From an uncultured Actinomycetes bacterium (GTDB taxonomy: Bacteria > Actinomycetota > Thermoleophilia > Gaiellales > Gaiellaceae), in the NCBI GenBank assembly GCA_963717765.1, contig CAVQWX010000006.1, forward strand, positions 16,379-80,378: 64,000 bases of DNA. Direction: 5' to 3'. Both the position numbers and the translations under genes were made by a program. This document shows, in pieces, positions 9,418 through 19,349 of this stretch; position 1 is the first letter of the stretch, and every line of letters begins with the position of its first letter. Below the pieces are notes generated by a model. The model did not search any database and was not told where the DNA came from. It worked only from the letters and a program-made list of their open reading frames with translations.

Positions 9418-9976
9418 GGGCTCCCTCGAGCTCGAGGAGCCGCCGCTTGTACTGGAGGCCGAGCGAGCCGTACGCGCCGAGGCCGGCGGCCGCGACGACA
9501 CGGTGGCACGGGACGATCAGGCCGAAGCGGTTCTGGGCGCAGAACGTTCCCGCCGCGCGGGCTGCGTTGGGGCGGCCTGCCAGCGCGGCCAGCTCGCCGT
9601 ACGTGATTGTCTCGCCACGCGGGACGGAGCGAGCGGCGGTGACGAGCGAGAGCTGGAACGGCGTGCACCAGTCGAGGTCGATGGGAACGCCCGAGAAGTC
9701 GACCGGCTCGCCGGCGAAGTATCCGCCGAGCAGCGCGGCGAATTTCGACACGAAGTCGTCACCCACGCGTACGGAATTCGTGGATAGCGTGATCACAGGG
9801 ATCTCGGGCATCCCCTGGGGGAGTTTGGGGGCGGTTTCGGGGCGTGGGCGCGGGTGGTCGTGGTACAGGAGCCGCGACCCGTCGTGAACGACCTCGCCGA
9901 TGCCCCAGCCGTCGGCCTCGTAGCGGACGACCTGCACACGCTGAACATACAATCGCCCGGTGAGCGCGCCCGGCAT
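9404..9976 (-). CDS. ogt: methylated-DNA--protein-cysteine methyltransferase
   Basis: Active-site PCHRVV, preceded by YGELAALAGRPNAARAAG. The N-terminal start is uncertain; it overlaps divergent pruA by 17 nt. Confidence 0.8.
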   Translation of the reverse strand: MPGALTGRLYVQRVQVVRYEADGWGIGEVVHDGSRLLYHDHPRPRPETAPKLPQGMPEIPVITLSTNSVRVGDDFVSKFAALLGGYFAGEPVDFSGVPIDLDWCTPFQLSLVTAARSVPRGETITYGELAALAGRPNAARAAGTFCAQNRFGLIVPCHRVVAAAGLGAYGSLGLQYKRRLLELEGAHVPV

Positions 9977-11606
9977 CTTCCGCCTGCCCGAGCCCGTGAA
10001 CGAGCCAGTTCACTCCTACGAGCCCGGCTCACCCGAGCGGGCCGAGCTGAAGGCGAAGCTCGACGAGCTCGAGTCAGAGCGCATCGACATGCCGCTCGTG
10101 ATCGGCGGCGAGGAGATCCGCACCGGTCAGACGGCCGAGGTCGTCATGCCGCACCGTTCGAGTCACGTTCTCGCCGACATGCACCAGGGCGGCCCCGACG
10201 AGGTCGACAAGGCAATCAAGGCCGCCGGCGAGGCCTGGCACGACTGGTCGCGGACGCCCTGGGAGGAGCGCGCGGCCGTCCTCCTGCGCGCGGCCGAGCT
10301 GCTCGCCGGCCCGTGGCGGATGACGCTGAATGCGGCCACGATGCTCGGCCAGTCGAAGACCGCGCACCAGGCCGAGATCGACGCCGCGTGCGAGCTCATC
10401 GACTTCTGGCGCTTCAACCCCACCTTCATGCGCCGCATCTACGAGGAGCAGCCGATCTCGTCGCCGGGCCAGTGGAACCGGATGGAGTACCGCCCGCTGG
10501 AGGGCTTCGTCTTCGCGGTGACGCCGTTCAACTTCACCGCTATCGGCGGGAACCTGCCGACGAGCGCCGCGCTCATGGGAAACACGGTCGTCTGGAAGCC
10601 GGCGACGACCGCGGCCTACTCGGCGCACTTCCTCATGCAGCTCCTCCAGGAAGCGGGGCTCCCGGCGGGCGTGATCAACCTCGTCTACGGGCCTGGGGCG
10701 CGCATCGGCGACGCCGCGCTCGCAAGCCCGGACCTCGCCGGCGTCCACTTCACGGGCTCGACGGGCGTGTTCCAGTCGATGTGGAGGACGGTCGGGAACA
10801 ACATCGAGCGCTACCGCAACTACCCTCGCATCGTCGGCGAAACGGGCGGCAAGGACTTCATCCTCGCCCACCCCAGCGCCGACGTCGACGCGGTCGCGAC
10901 TGCGATCCTCCGCGGCTCGTTCGAGTACCAGGGCCAGAAGTGCTCCGCCGCCTCGCGCGTCTTCGTCCCGCAGCGCATGTGGCCGGGGCTGAAGGAGCGC
11001 CTGGTGGAGGACGTCCACTCGCTCAAGATGGGCGACGTCACCGACTTCGAGAATTTCATGGGCGCCGTCATCGACGCCAACTCCTTCCGCACGCAGAAGC
11101 AGGCGATCGAGGAGGCAAAGTCCGACCCCGACTCGGACGTGCTCGTCGGTGGCGATGTCGCGGACGACGAAGGCTTTTTCGTCTCGCCGACGGTGATCGA
11201 GACCCGCAATCCGAACTTTCGCCTTCTACGGGACGAGCTGTTCGGCCCCGTCGTGACCGCGTATGTCTACCCGGACGACGACTGGCAGGACACGCTCGAG
11301 GTCGTCGACCAGGGCTCGCCCTTCGGCCTAACCGGCGCGATCTTCTCCCGCGACCGCGCGCCGATCGAGGAGGCGCAGGAGAAGCTCGAGTACGCCGCGG
11401 GCAACCTGTACATCAACGACAAGCCGACCGGCGCAGTCGTCGGTCAGCAGCCGTTCGGGGGTGCAAGGGCGTCGGGGACGAACGACAAGGCCGGCTCGAT
11501 GTGGAACCTCATCCGCTGGGTGTCGCCACGGACGATCAAGGAGACCTTCGTCCCGGCCACCGACCACCGCTATCCGTTCATGGATCCGGACTCGGCCGGT
11601 ACCTAA
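9960..11606 (+). CDS. pruA: L-glutamate gamma-semialdehyde (1-pyrroline-5-carboxylate) dehydrogenase
   Basis: Aldehyde dehydrogenase fold (FTGSTGVF, ETGGKDF, YQGQKCSA) with the PruA-type N-terminus FRLPEPVNEPV.SY.PGS.ER. Confidence 0.85.
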   Translation: MSAPGIFRLPEPVNEPVHSYEPGSPERAELKAKLDELESERIDMPLVIGGEEIRTGQTAEVVMPHRSSHVLADMHQGGPDEVDKAIKAAGEAWHDWSRTPWEERAAVLLRAAELLAGPWRMTLNAATMLGQSKTAHQAEIDAACELIDFWRFNPTFMRRIYEEQPISSPGQWNRMEYRPLEGFVFAVTPFNFTAIGGNLPTSAALMGNTVVWKPATTAAYSAHFLMQLLQEAGLPAGVINLVYGPGARIGDAALASPDLAGVHFTGSTGVFQSMWRTVGNNIERYRNYPRIVGETGGKDFILAHPSADVDAVATAILRGSFEYQGQKCSAASRVFVPQRMWPGLKERLVEDVHSLKMGDVTDFENFMGAVIDANSFRTQKQAIEEAKSDPDSDVLVGGDVADDEGFFVSPTVIETRNPNFRLLRDELFGPVVTAYVYPDDDWQDTLEVVDQGSPFGLTGAIFSRDRAPIEEAQEKLEYAAGNLYINDKPTGAVVGQQPFGGARASGTNDKAGSMWNLIRWVSPRTIKETFVPATDHRYPFMDPDSAGT

Positions 11607-13453
11607 CCGCGCCCGGCCTTGTGCAGCTGCGCGTAGATCTGACGCGCCGTCTTCGGCGGTAGCTCGGGAACTCCCTCCAGCTCTTCCTGCGTCGCCGCGA
11701 GGAAACGCTCGGCCGAGCCGAAGTGGCGCATCAGCGCCCGCCGTCGTGTCGGGCCGACACCCTTGAGCGTGTCGAAGATCGACTCCTTCGCCGCCGCATC
11801 CCGACGCTGGCGATGGAAGTCGAGCGCGAAGCGGTGCGCTTCGTCGCGGATCCGCTGCAGCAACTGCAGCGCCGGAGAGTGGCGGTCGAGGACGACCGGC
11901 TTCGGGTCGCCCGGCAGGAACACCTCCTCCTCGCGCTTCGCGAGCGAGATCACCGCGACACGGGGAAGGTCGAACGCCTGCATCGCCGCCAGCACGGCGG
12001 ACAGCTGTCCCTTCCCGCCGTCCACGACGACAAGGTTCGGCGTCGCCGCGAACGAGTTGTCGTACTGCTCGGCCGTCACGTCGCGCCGGCGCGCGAAGCG
12101 GCGCGTGACCACCTCCGCCATCGACGCAAAGTCGTCCTGGCCGTCGACGCCGCGGACGCCGAACTTGCGGTAGTCCGACTTCTTCGGCATCGCGTCCTGG
12201 AAAACCACCATCGACCCGACCGGCGACGCGCTCTGCAGGTTGGAGATGTCGAAGCACTCGATGCGGATCGGGAGGCTCTCCAGGTTGAGCGCCTCGCGCA
12301 GCTCCTCGAGCGCCTCCACGCGGCGCAGGCGCCGCTGCTCAGACTGGACGGCATCCGACTCGAGGGCGATCCGCGCGTTCTGCTCGGCGAGCTCGGCGAG
12401 GCGGCGCTTCTCGCCGCGCGCGGCAGCGCGGACCTCCACTCGCGACCTGCGCCGCTCCGAGAGGAACTCCTCGAGCACGGAGGTGTCCCCCACTCCCTGC
12501 GGCACCACGATCTGCGGCGGAATGCTCGGCGACGAGCCGTAGTACTCGAGGACGAACGCCTCCAGCAGCGCGCCGAGATCCTGCCCTTCGACGTTCTCCA
12601 GGTGAAAGCTGTACCGGTCGATCAGCTTCCCGTCACGGAGCGGGAAGAGCTGCACCGCGGCCCTGTCACCCTCGGCGGCGATCCCGATGACGTCCACGGT
12701 CCCGACCGCGCGCTTGTCCGCCGCCTGCCGCTCGGCCAGGTGCCGCACCGCGAACAGGCGGTTGCGGTACCGCGCCGCCTCCTCGAAGCGCTCGTCGGTG
12801 GCGGCGTCTTGCATCTTCTGCTCGAGATCGCGCAGCACCGGCCGCGTCTCGCCCGAGAGGAACTCCATGACCTGCTCGATGATCAGCCGGTAGCCCTCCT
12901 TCGAGATGTATCCGACGCACGGCGCCAGGCAGCGTTCGATGTGGTAGTCGAGGCACGGGATCCCGGAGTGCCGGCCCGGCTTCGGCCCTTCGCACGGCCG
13001 GTAGGGGAAGACGCGGTTGAGGACGTCCAGCGTCTCGCGCACCTTCTTCGCGTTTGCGTACGGCCCGAAGTAGGCGACGCCGCGCCGGTGGCGCTCGCGG
13101 GTGAACATCACGCGCGGAAAGTCATCCTCCACCGTGACGGCGATGTACGGGAACGACTTGTCGTCGCGCAGGCGGATGTTGAAGGCCGGCCGATGGCGCT
13201 TGATCAGGTTCTGCTCGAGGTGGAGCGCCTCTACCTGGTTGCGCGTCACGATCACCTCGATGTCGTCCACGCGCTCCGCGAGGCCGCGGATCGTCGTGCG
13301 GTCGTTGCGTCCCTGCTGGAAGTACGAGCGCACGCGCGGCCGCAACGACTTGGCCTTGCCGATGTAGATCGGGCTGCCTTTCGCGTCCTTGAACAGATAG
13401 ACGCCGGGCTTCGCGGGCAGCTTCTTGAGCGTGTTTTCGAGGTCTTTCGGCAC
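11603..13453 (-). CDS. uvrC: excinuclease ABC subunit C
   Basis: GIY-YIG N-terminus (GVYLFKDAKGSPIYIGKAKSLR), UVR domain and a C-terminal (HhH)2 region. Confidence 0.95.
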   Translation of the reverse strand: MPKDLENTLKKLPAKPGVYLFKDAKGSPIYIGKAKSLRPRVRSYFQQGRNDRTTIRGLAERVDDIEVIVTRNQVEALHLEQNLIKRHRPAFNIRLRDDKSFPYIAVTVEDDFPRVMFTRERHRRGVAYFGPYANAKKVRETLDVLNRVFPYRPCEGPKPGRHSGIPCLDYHIERCLAPCVGYISKEGYRLIIEQVMEFLSGETRPVLRDLEQKMQDAATDERFEEAARYRNRLFAVRHLAERQAADKRAVGTVDVIGIAAEGDRAAVQLFPLRDGKLIDRYSFHLENVEGQDLGALLEAFVLEYYGSSPSIPPQIVVPQGVGDTSVLEEFLSERRRSRVEVRAAARGEKRRLAELAEQNARIALESDAVQSEQRRLRRVEALEELREALNLESLPIRIECFDISNLQSASPVGSMVVFQDAMPKKSDYRKFGVRGVDGQDDFASMAEVVTRRFARRRDVTAEQYDNSFAATPNLVVVDGGKGQLSAVLAAMQAFDLPRVAVISLAKREEEVFLPGDPKPVVLDRHSPALQLLQRIRDEAHRFALDFHRQRRDAAAKESIFDTLKGVGPTRRRALMRHFGSAERFLAATQEELEGVPELPPKTARQIYAQLHKAGRG

Positions 13454-13488
13454 TGGAACTAGCGTAGTGCGCCGGTACGCTTTGGCCA

Positions 13489-14178
13489 GTGGCCGGCCAG
13501 TACGTCGCGTATACGTTCTTCAAGGTCGATCCCGCCTGGCGGCGCTTGCCGATCGACGAGCGCATGGCGGGGAAGGACGCCTTCGCGGACGTGGTCGAGT
13601 CATGGGCACAGCGGATGGACCACCTGCGCGCGTACTCGGTCGCCGGCGTCCGCGCCGACGCGGACTTCTTCCTCTGGAAGATCACCAAGACCTACGACGA
13701 CCTCGGCGAACTCGGGGCGGAGCTCAACTCCACGCCGCTGGCGGGCTGGCTCCAGACGCCCTACTCGTATCTCGCCACGACGAAGGCATCCGAGTACACG
13801 GCCGCGCGCAAGCCTCGCCAGGTCGTTCCCAAGGGCTCGCCGTACCTCGTCGTCTATCCCTTCGTGAAGACGCGACCGTGGTACGCGCTTGCGCTCGAGG
13901 ACCGCCAGCGCGCCATGAACGAGCACATGCGCGTCGGTCACGAGTTCCGGACCATCACCAACCACACGACGTACTCGTTCGGGATCGACGACCAGGAGTT
14001 CATGACCGCCTTCGAGTGCGAGGAGCCGGCCGACTTCATGCACCTCATGAGGACACTCCGGGAGAGCGAGGCCAGCCGCTACACCGAGCGGGACACGCCG
14101 ATCTTCGTGGGCGCCTCCTGCGAGATCCGGGCCGCCCTCGACCAGCTGGACGGCGCGGCGACGCGCGTGAACGCGTGA
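13489..14178 (+). CDS. hemQ: chlorite dismutase family protein (coproheme decarboxylase HemQ/ChdC-like)
   Basis: YTFFKVDPAWRRL..., overall Cld-family length and pattern, and a typical actinobacterial context. Confidence 0.75.
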   Translation: MAGQYVAYTFFKVDPAWRRLPIDERMAGKDAFADVVESWAQRMDHLRAYSVAGVRADADFFLWKITKTYDDLGELGAELNSTPLAGWLQTPYSYLATTKASEYTAARKPRQVVPKGSPYLVVYPFVKTRPWYALALEDRQRAMNEHMRVGHEFRTITNHTTYSFGIDDQEFMTAFECEEPADFMHLMRTLRESEASRYTERDTPIFVGASCEIRAALDQLDGAATRVNA

Positions 14179-14552
14179 AGCGCTTCTGGCTGGACATGAA
14201 CCCGACCGTTCGCGGGTTCATCATCATCCTCGCGATCACCGGGCTAGTGGTCGCGCTCTCGCTCTACTCGACCCTCGCGGCTCTCTACGCGATCGCGCGC
14301 ATCGCATTCTTCATCGCGATCGCCGTCTTCCTCTTCCTGGTCTGGCGCGAGCGGCGCGGCGAGATCTCGCTCTGGTCGGCGCGCGCGCAGACGGTGTTCT
14401 ACGGCGCCGCGATCCTGATCGTCGTCGATCTCGGAGTGTTCTTCTGGCGCGGCATCCACGGCCCTGACGCGATCGCCTTCTTCGTCGTTCTCGCGCTCGG
14501 CCTCTTCTCCATGTGGCGCGTGTGGAAGGACGAGCACCGGTACAGTCTTTGA
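14175..14552 (+). CDS. small integral membrane protein (3-4 TM helices)
   Basis: The GTG start overlaps the hemQ stop (GTGA). Hydrophobic helices FIIILAITGLVVALSLY, IAFFIAIAVFLFLVW, VFYGAAILIVVDLGVFFW and IAFFVVLALGLFSMW. The 5' part of track ORF 13425..14552 is a shadow of hemQ. Confidence 0.6.
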   Translation: MKRFWLDMNPTVRGFIIILAITGLVVALSLYSTLAALYAIARIAFFIAIAVFLFLVWRERRGEISLWSARAQTVFYGAAILIVVDLGVFFWRGIHGPDAIAFFVVLALGLFSMWRVWKDEHRYSL

Positions 14553-14553
14553 G

Positions 14554-14997
14554 ATGGCCGTCGAGGAAGGCAAGCCCGCACCCGATTTCGAGCTGACGAG
14601 CGACTCCGGCGAGCGAGTCAAGCTCTCGGACTTCCGCGGTAAGCCCGTCGTCCTCTACTTCTATCCCAAGTCCGACACGCCCGGATGCACGGCGCAGGCG
14701 TGCGGGATCCGCGACTCCTTCGCCGACTTCGAGCAGGCAGGCGCGGTCGTCCTGGGCGTCAGCGCGGACAAGGAAGCGGCGCAGGCGAAATTCAAGTCGA
14801 AGTACGAGCTGCCGTTCCCGATCCTGGCCGACCCCGACCACGTCGCCGGCAAGGCGTACGGCGTGGAGAAGCCGGACAGCCGCTACTTCGAGCGCTCGAC
14901 GTTCCTGATCGACTCCGAGGGGAACGTCGCCAAGATCATGCGCAACGTGGACGCACGCAAGCACGCCGGCCAGGTGCTCGCGGCGCTTCCCTCCTAG
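14554..14997 (+). CDS. bcp: thioredoxin-dependent thiol peroxidase (peroxiredoxin Bcp)
   Basis: GKPVVLYFYPKSDTPGCTAQAC is the Bcp active-site motif. Confidence 0.9.
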   Translation: MAVEEGKPAPDFELTSDSGERVKLSDFRGKPVVLYFYPKSDTPGCTAQACGIRDSFADFEQAGAVVLGVSADKEAAQAKFKSKYELPFPILADPDHVAGKAYGVEKPDSRYFERSTFLIDSEGNVAKIMRNVDARKHAGQVLAALPS

Positions 14998-16148
14998 CGC
15001 GACGCGACCCCGACCGGCCGCCCGGCGCCGGCCGCCGAAGCGCTCCGCGCGGCGATGTGGTCCGCGACGTAGCCGGCGTCCCGACCCCGACCCGGCAGCA
15101 CGTCGGAGCTCAGCGAGTACTGAAACGGCAGCCCGAGGAAGTACAGACCTGGCTCCGAGGCGACGACTCCGCGGTAGTGGCGCGGCTGGCCGTCGTCGTC
15201 GAAGACCGGCAGGTCGATCCAGCTGAAGTCGGTGCGAAAGCCGGTGCACCACAGGACGTTCTCGACTTCGACGACCTGCCCGCTCTCCAGGAGCGGCTGT
15301 CCGCCCTCGACGCCGACGACGCGCGGAAGACGCTCGATTCTCTTCTCGGCCAGATCCTTCTTCCTCCGCCGGACGAGCGGCTCACCTCCGCGGCCAAGCT
15401 TCGGGATCAGCTTGCGGCCGATCCACGTGTCGACCTTGATGACTCGATGCCCGAGGAACCGGAAGACGCGGAAGCCGGGTCGGCTTCGCAGCGTGCCGTG
15501 CGGGACGGGGATCTGACCGGTGCTCGGCCCCGCGAGCAGGCACGTGCGCGTGTCGGCCAACTCGTAGGCGATTTCCGCCCCGGAGTTGCCGGCGCCGACG
15601 ACCAGCGTGTCTCCCGCAAGCAGCTGACCCGGGTTTCGGTACTCGGACGAATGGAGCTGGACGATCCGCGGGTCGAGCTGCGCGGCGAACGACGGGACCT
15701 TCGGGATCCGGAACGCCCCGGTGGCCACGATGACGTTCGAAGCCTCCAGGCGAAGCTCTCCGGCCGACACGAGGAACCGGTCGCCTGCCCACTCGACACG
15801 ATGGACGCTGACGCCGGAGCGGACCGGCAGCTCGAACTGCTCAGCGTACCGCTCCAGGTAATCCCCCATTTCGTCCTTGGTCGGGCAGTACCAGTTGCGA
15901 GTCGGAAACGGCATGCCCGGCAGCCTGCTGAAGTGGGCAGGAGTGAACAGGCGCAACGAATCCCAGCGGTCGCGCCAGGAGTCTCCAACTCGCTCGCCCG
16001 CGTCCAGGATCAGGAACGGGCGTCCGTAGCGGCCCAGGTGGTAGCCGGCCGCGAGGCCCGCCTGCCCGCCTCCGATCACGATCGTCTCCACGTACTCGGC
16101 TTCGAGGGTGCTGGTCATCTCTTCTCCTCCTTCTCGCATGACGGTCAT
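14994..16148 (-). CDS. FAD/NAD(P)-dependent flavin-containing monooxygenase-like oxidoreductase
   Basis: Two dinucleotide folds (VIGGGQAGLAAG and VVGAGNSGAEIA) plus the WDSLRLFTP pattern of CzcO/FMO-like proteins. Confidence 0.75.
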   Translation of the reverse strand: MTVMREGGEEMTSTLEAEYVETIVIGGGQAGLAAGYHLGRYGRPFLILDAGERVGDSWRDRWDSLRLFTPAHFSRLPGMPFPTRNWYCPTKDEMGDYLERYAEQFELPVRSGVSVHRVEWAGDRFLVSAGELRLEASNVIVATGAFRIPKVPSFAAQLDPRIVQLHSSEYRNPGQLLAGDTLVVGAGNSGAEIAYELADTRTCLLAGPSTGQIPVPHGTLRSRPGFRVFRFLGHRVIKVDTWIGRKLIPKLGRGGEPLVRRRKKDLAEKRIERLPRVVGVEGGQPLLESGQVVEVENVLWCTGFRTDFSWIDLPVFDDDGQPRHYRGVVASEPGLYFLGLPFQYSLSSDVLPGRGRDAGYVADHIAARSASAAGAGRPVGVASR

Positions 16149-16230
16149 GCCGCCACGCTAGGCCGGAGCCGCCGCAACCGCATCGCCGGAATCCGCCATC
16201 TTCGGGAGGACCCCGACTACTCAGTTCTGA

Positions 16231-17868
16231 CTAGACGAGCTGGTGTTCGAAGGCGAATGCGGTCGCTGCCGTCCGCGAGGAAACTCGGAGCTTGAGGAGG
16301 ATGTTCTGGACGTGACGCGCGACCGTGTGCTCGCTCACGACGAGGATCGAGGCGATCTCGCGATTGGTCTTGCCACCGGCGACGAGCCGGAGGACCTCGA
16401 GCTCGCGAGGCGTGAGCCCCTGGCTCTCGTCGACCTTCTCGCCTAGGGCTGCGTCGACTCGAGCCGCATCCGGCATCGCCCCGAGCAAACGGAAGCATTC
16501 GCGCGCCGCCTCGAGCTCGACATGCGCCGTATCGTCGTCACCCAGCTCCCGGCAGGCGAGGGCAGCAAGGACCTGCGTCCGCGCGACCTCGTACGGCGCG
16601 TCGAGGTCTTGCCAGAGCGCCCGCGACCGGTGGAGCGCGAGGAGCGCCGCCTGCGCGTCTCCGGCCGCGAGCTCGACGGCGCCGCGGGCGTACGCGGCAA
16701 TCGCAGCGAGCATCGGCCGGCCGCTCCCTGCCGCTGTTTCCTCCAGCTCGTCTGCCGCTGTCCGAGCCCTTTCGAGCTGGCCCGCCGCCAACATGATCTC
16801 CACGAACGCAGGAAGCAGGACGGCGCGCTGGAGCGGTTCCGCCGTCACGTCCGCGATGCGACCGATGGCCCCGGTCGAGGCTTCGATGTCCCCCTGCGCC
16901 AGCCGCAGAAGCGCGAGCCCCGGTTGCGGCTCCCGGCCGTAGCCACTTGCCTTGCGGTGGGCCTCCTCGGCCGCCGCGAGGTCGCCAAGGAGCCGGAGCA
17001 GCTCCGCCTGCTGGTAGTAGGCCTGGCCCGCCGCGGCGCGGTTCATCGCCTGCTCGCACCGTTCACGCGCAAGCCGCGCCTCCTCCAGCGCGCTGGTCCA
17101 ATCGCCGTGGAGTTGCTTGATGCCGGCGCGGTGGGCGAGGCACCGGCCCGTGAACGACACCAGCTGGGGCTGGGACTCGCACCATTGGGCGAGCGCGTCG
17201 GTCCACTCCCGGGCACGCCGAGGCTCGAACGCTTCCTCGCACGAAGCGATCACGCCGCAGTACACGATCCCCGCGAAGAACGGAGCCACCTCCCCGGCCG
17301 CGACCGAGACCATTGCTTCGTCCAGCAGCGCGAGTCCGTCATCGATCTTGCCCTGCTTGATGCGGGCCAGGCCTGCCACGTGCAAGGTCATGGCCAGGAG
17401 GTCGGCGTCGCTGAAGCGCTCGGCAATCGCCACTGATTCGACGGCCGCCTCGTAAGCGCCGTCGTAGTCGGCCGCGGCCTGCTGCCGGAACATCACGGGA
17501 AGCAGGAGATATCCGCGCTCGACGCAGTCTTCTCCCTCCCGCTCGACGATCCGCTGGGCGCGACCAAACCAGCCGCCCGCGGATCCGATCTCGCCCGCGA
17601 TTGCGAGGTTCATGCCGATAAAGACAGCGACGCGCGCCGCCAGGAGCGGCGCCCCGCCGTCCAGGAATGCCTGATGAGCGCGCTCGAGGGCCGCCTGGCC
17701 CTCGTGGAACTTGCCGGTAAGGAGCGCCGACATCGCCAGCAAAACGAGATCGTCGGCCGGAATCGTCGAGTTCCGCTCCGCCGCCGCGAGCGCCGCGTAG
17801 GCATCCCGCCACGCGTTCTGCGCATATGCACTACGGCCGCGCCGGAGGTCGTCGGTCGCCTCCCCCAT
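16231..17868 (-). CDS. LuxR-family transcriptional regulator with large helical-repeat (TPR-like) N-terminal region
   Basis: C-terminal LTPRELEVLRLVAGGKTNREIASILVVSEHTVARHVQNILLKL. No P-loop seen. Confidence 0.8.
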   Translation of the reverse strand: MGEATDDLRRGRSAYAQNAWRDAYAALAAAERNSTIPADDLVLLAMSALLTGKFHEGQAALERAHQAFLDGGAPLLAARVAVFIGMNLAIAGEIGSAGGWFGRAQRIVEREGEDCVERGYLLLPVMFRQQAAADYDGAYEAAVESVAIAERFSDADLLAMTLHVAGLARIKQGKIDDGLALLDEAMVSVAAGEVAPFFAGIVYCGVIASCEEAFEPRRAREWTDALAQWCESQPQLVSFTGRCLAHRAGIKQLHGDWTSALEEARLARERCEQAMNRAAAGQAYYQQAELLRLLGDLAAAEEAHRKASGYGREPQPGLALLRLAQGDIEASTGAIGRIADVTAEPLQRAVLLPAFVEIMLAAGQLERARTAADELEETAAGSGRPMLAAIAAYARGAVELAAGDAQAALLALHRSRALWQDLDAPYEVARTQVLAALACRELGDDDTAHVELEAARECFRLLGAMPDAARVDAALGEKVDESQGLTPRELEVLRLVAGGKTNREIASILVVSEHTVARHVQNILLKLRVSSRTAATAFAFEHQLV

Positions 17869-17951
17869 GGCTGAGAGAACTATTCCAGACTACGCCGGGG
17901 CGCGGGCGGTACGGGCCGGAGACATCGCGTCCCCGGCCCGTAACCGACTAT

Positions 17952-19022
17952 TCAACCGCTCGTGATCGTTCCGAAGAGCCCGTGCGACTCGTCGTCGGGG
18001 CCGGCGGTGAAGAACAGCGTGTTGGTCGGTCCGTTGTTCGCCGCACCATGACCGAACTGGAGCGCCCAGAGGCCGTCGATACGGATTTTCTTGTGCTTCG
18101 CCCCCTGGAGCGTGCCGGCATGCGCGTACTTCCCGTGGTGACGCGGCGCATAGGCATTGATCTCGCCGTTGCCGAAGTTCCCGACGAGGAGATCGCCGCT
18201 GAACCGGCCGAAATCAGCGGGCGCCAGGGCCAGCCCCCACGGCGCGTCGAGCTGCCCGCGAGTCGCGATGCGGCCCAGAAACACTCCGTTCGTGTCGAAC
18301 GCGTCGACGAAGCCGAGACCGTGGCCCTTGACATCGTCCTCCTTGGCCGCGTCCTGCTTCGCATAGCTGACGATGATGTCGCCGCCGATCTCCTGGATTC
18401 CGAACGGGGCGAACCCCTTTGGGATCCCCCGATCGACGAAGGCGCCGGGCAGCGGCACGTAGCCGAAGCTGCTGTCGAAGACGTCGACGCGCGCGTTGTG
18501 GAAGTCAGTCGCGTAGAGCCGGTCAGCGGCGATCGCCAGGCCCTTGTAGATCGCGCCTACATCCCGGTCTGCGACAACCTGTGCCGTGGTGCCGAGAGAC
18601 GAGTTCCAGGCCAGGATCTTGCCCTCCTCCGTCGAGAAGATGAAGCGGGCGGCGCCGGTGCCCACGACGAAGCCGGCGCCGGCGTTGCCGACGGCGCCGG
18701 TCGGCGCGTTCGGCACGCTGACGACCAGCGGCATCGGTGCGGGCGGCGGCGGGAAGAGCGTTCCGTCCGCGCTGTAGAGGGTCGAAACGTCCGTCCCGTT
18801 GTCAGCGACCCACCACGGGCTTGTCGCCAGCGAGGTGAGCCCCCATGCATTCACCAGGTTGGCATCGACGTGGTCCGCCACGCCGGGTTGGTCGGATACG
18901 AGATTGTGAACGGTGTAGAGATTCGGATTGGGCGGTTTCCCGGCGGCCGCGGCGACGAGCACGAGACTCGCGAGTGCTGCGGCTGCCAGGGCGAGCGCTG
19001 AGGTGTGAGACCTCATAGGCAT
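17952..19022 (-). CDS. secreted TIGR03118-like beta-propeller protein
   Basis: Start set at ATG 19022, preceded by AGGAGGAAA. Signal peptide MPMRSHTSALALAAAALASLVLVAAAAG. VSDQPGVADHVDANLVNAWGL...WWVADNG resembles the TIGR03118 family. Confidence 0.6.
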   Translation of the reverse strand: MPMRSHTSALALAAAALASLVLVAAAAGKPPNPNLYTVHNLVSDQPGVADHVDANLVNAWGLTSLATSPWWVADNGTDVSTLYSADGTLFPPPPAPMPLVVSVPNAPTGAVGNAGAGFVVGTGAARFIFSTEEGKILAWNSSLGTTAQVVADRDVGAIYKGLAIAADRLYATDFHNARVDVFDSSFGYVPLPGAFVDRGIPKGFAPFGIQEIGGDIIVSYAKQDAAKEDDVKGHGLGFVDAFDTNGVFLGRIATRGQLDAPWGLALAPADFGRFSGDLLVGNFGNGEINAYAPRHHGKYAHAGTLQGAKHKKIRIDGLWALQFGHGAANNGPTNTLFFTAGPDDESHGLFGTITSG

Positions 19023-19159
19023 TTTCCTCCTTCGCCATCGCTTTGCTTCAGACCCTCCACCTACGAGAAAGCTTCGGCTTCGGTTTCTCGCAACCGGCAA
19101 GGAGGAAAAACCTGCGCATCAGGCTCAGCCCGGTTTGCGGACGCTGCCACGATCCCCTA

Positions 19160-19243
19160 TGCGGATGAGAGGACTTGAACCTCCACGGGCTTTCGCCCAC
19201 ACGGACCTGAACCGTGCGCGTCTACCAATTCCGCCACATCCGC
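19160..19243 (-). tRNA. tRNA-Leu (anticodon CAG), class II with long variable arm, no encoded CCA
   Basis: Minus strand: GCGGATGTGGCGGAATTGGTAGACGCGCACGGTTCAGGTCCGTGTGGGCGAAAGCCCGTGGAGGTTCAAGTCCTCTCATCCGCA. It has a 7-bp acceptor stem, anticodon stem CACGG/CCGTG with loop TTCAGGT, and T-loop GGTTCAAGTCC. Confidence 0.9.
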
Positions 19244-19349
19244 GCGGGAAGCAAGTGTAGCCACGGCGATTCAAGCCTCCCAGGAGGCGTCCGAGCTGCG
19301 GCGGGCTCCGCCCGGCGCAGCTACGAGCGTCCGATCGTCAACCACTCCG

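Noticed and set aside
19244-19349. The tRNA-Leu partial duplication as attL/attR of an integrated island
   Set aside because: Only about 102 nt separate the copies, the duplicated part is the 5' rather than the 3' portion of the tRNA, and no integrase is adjacent.
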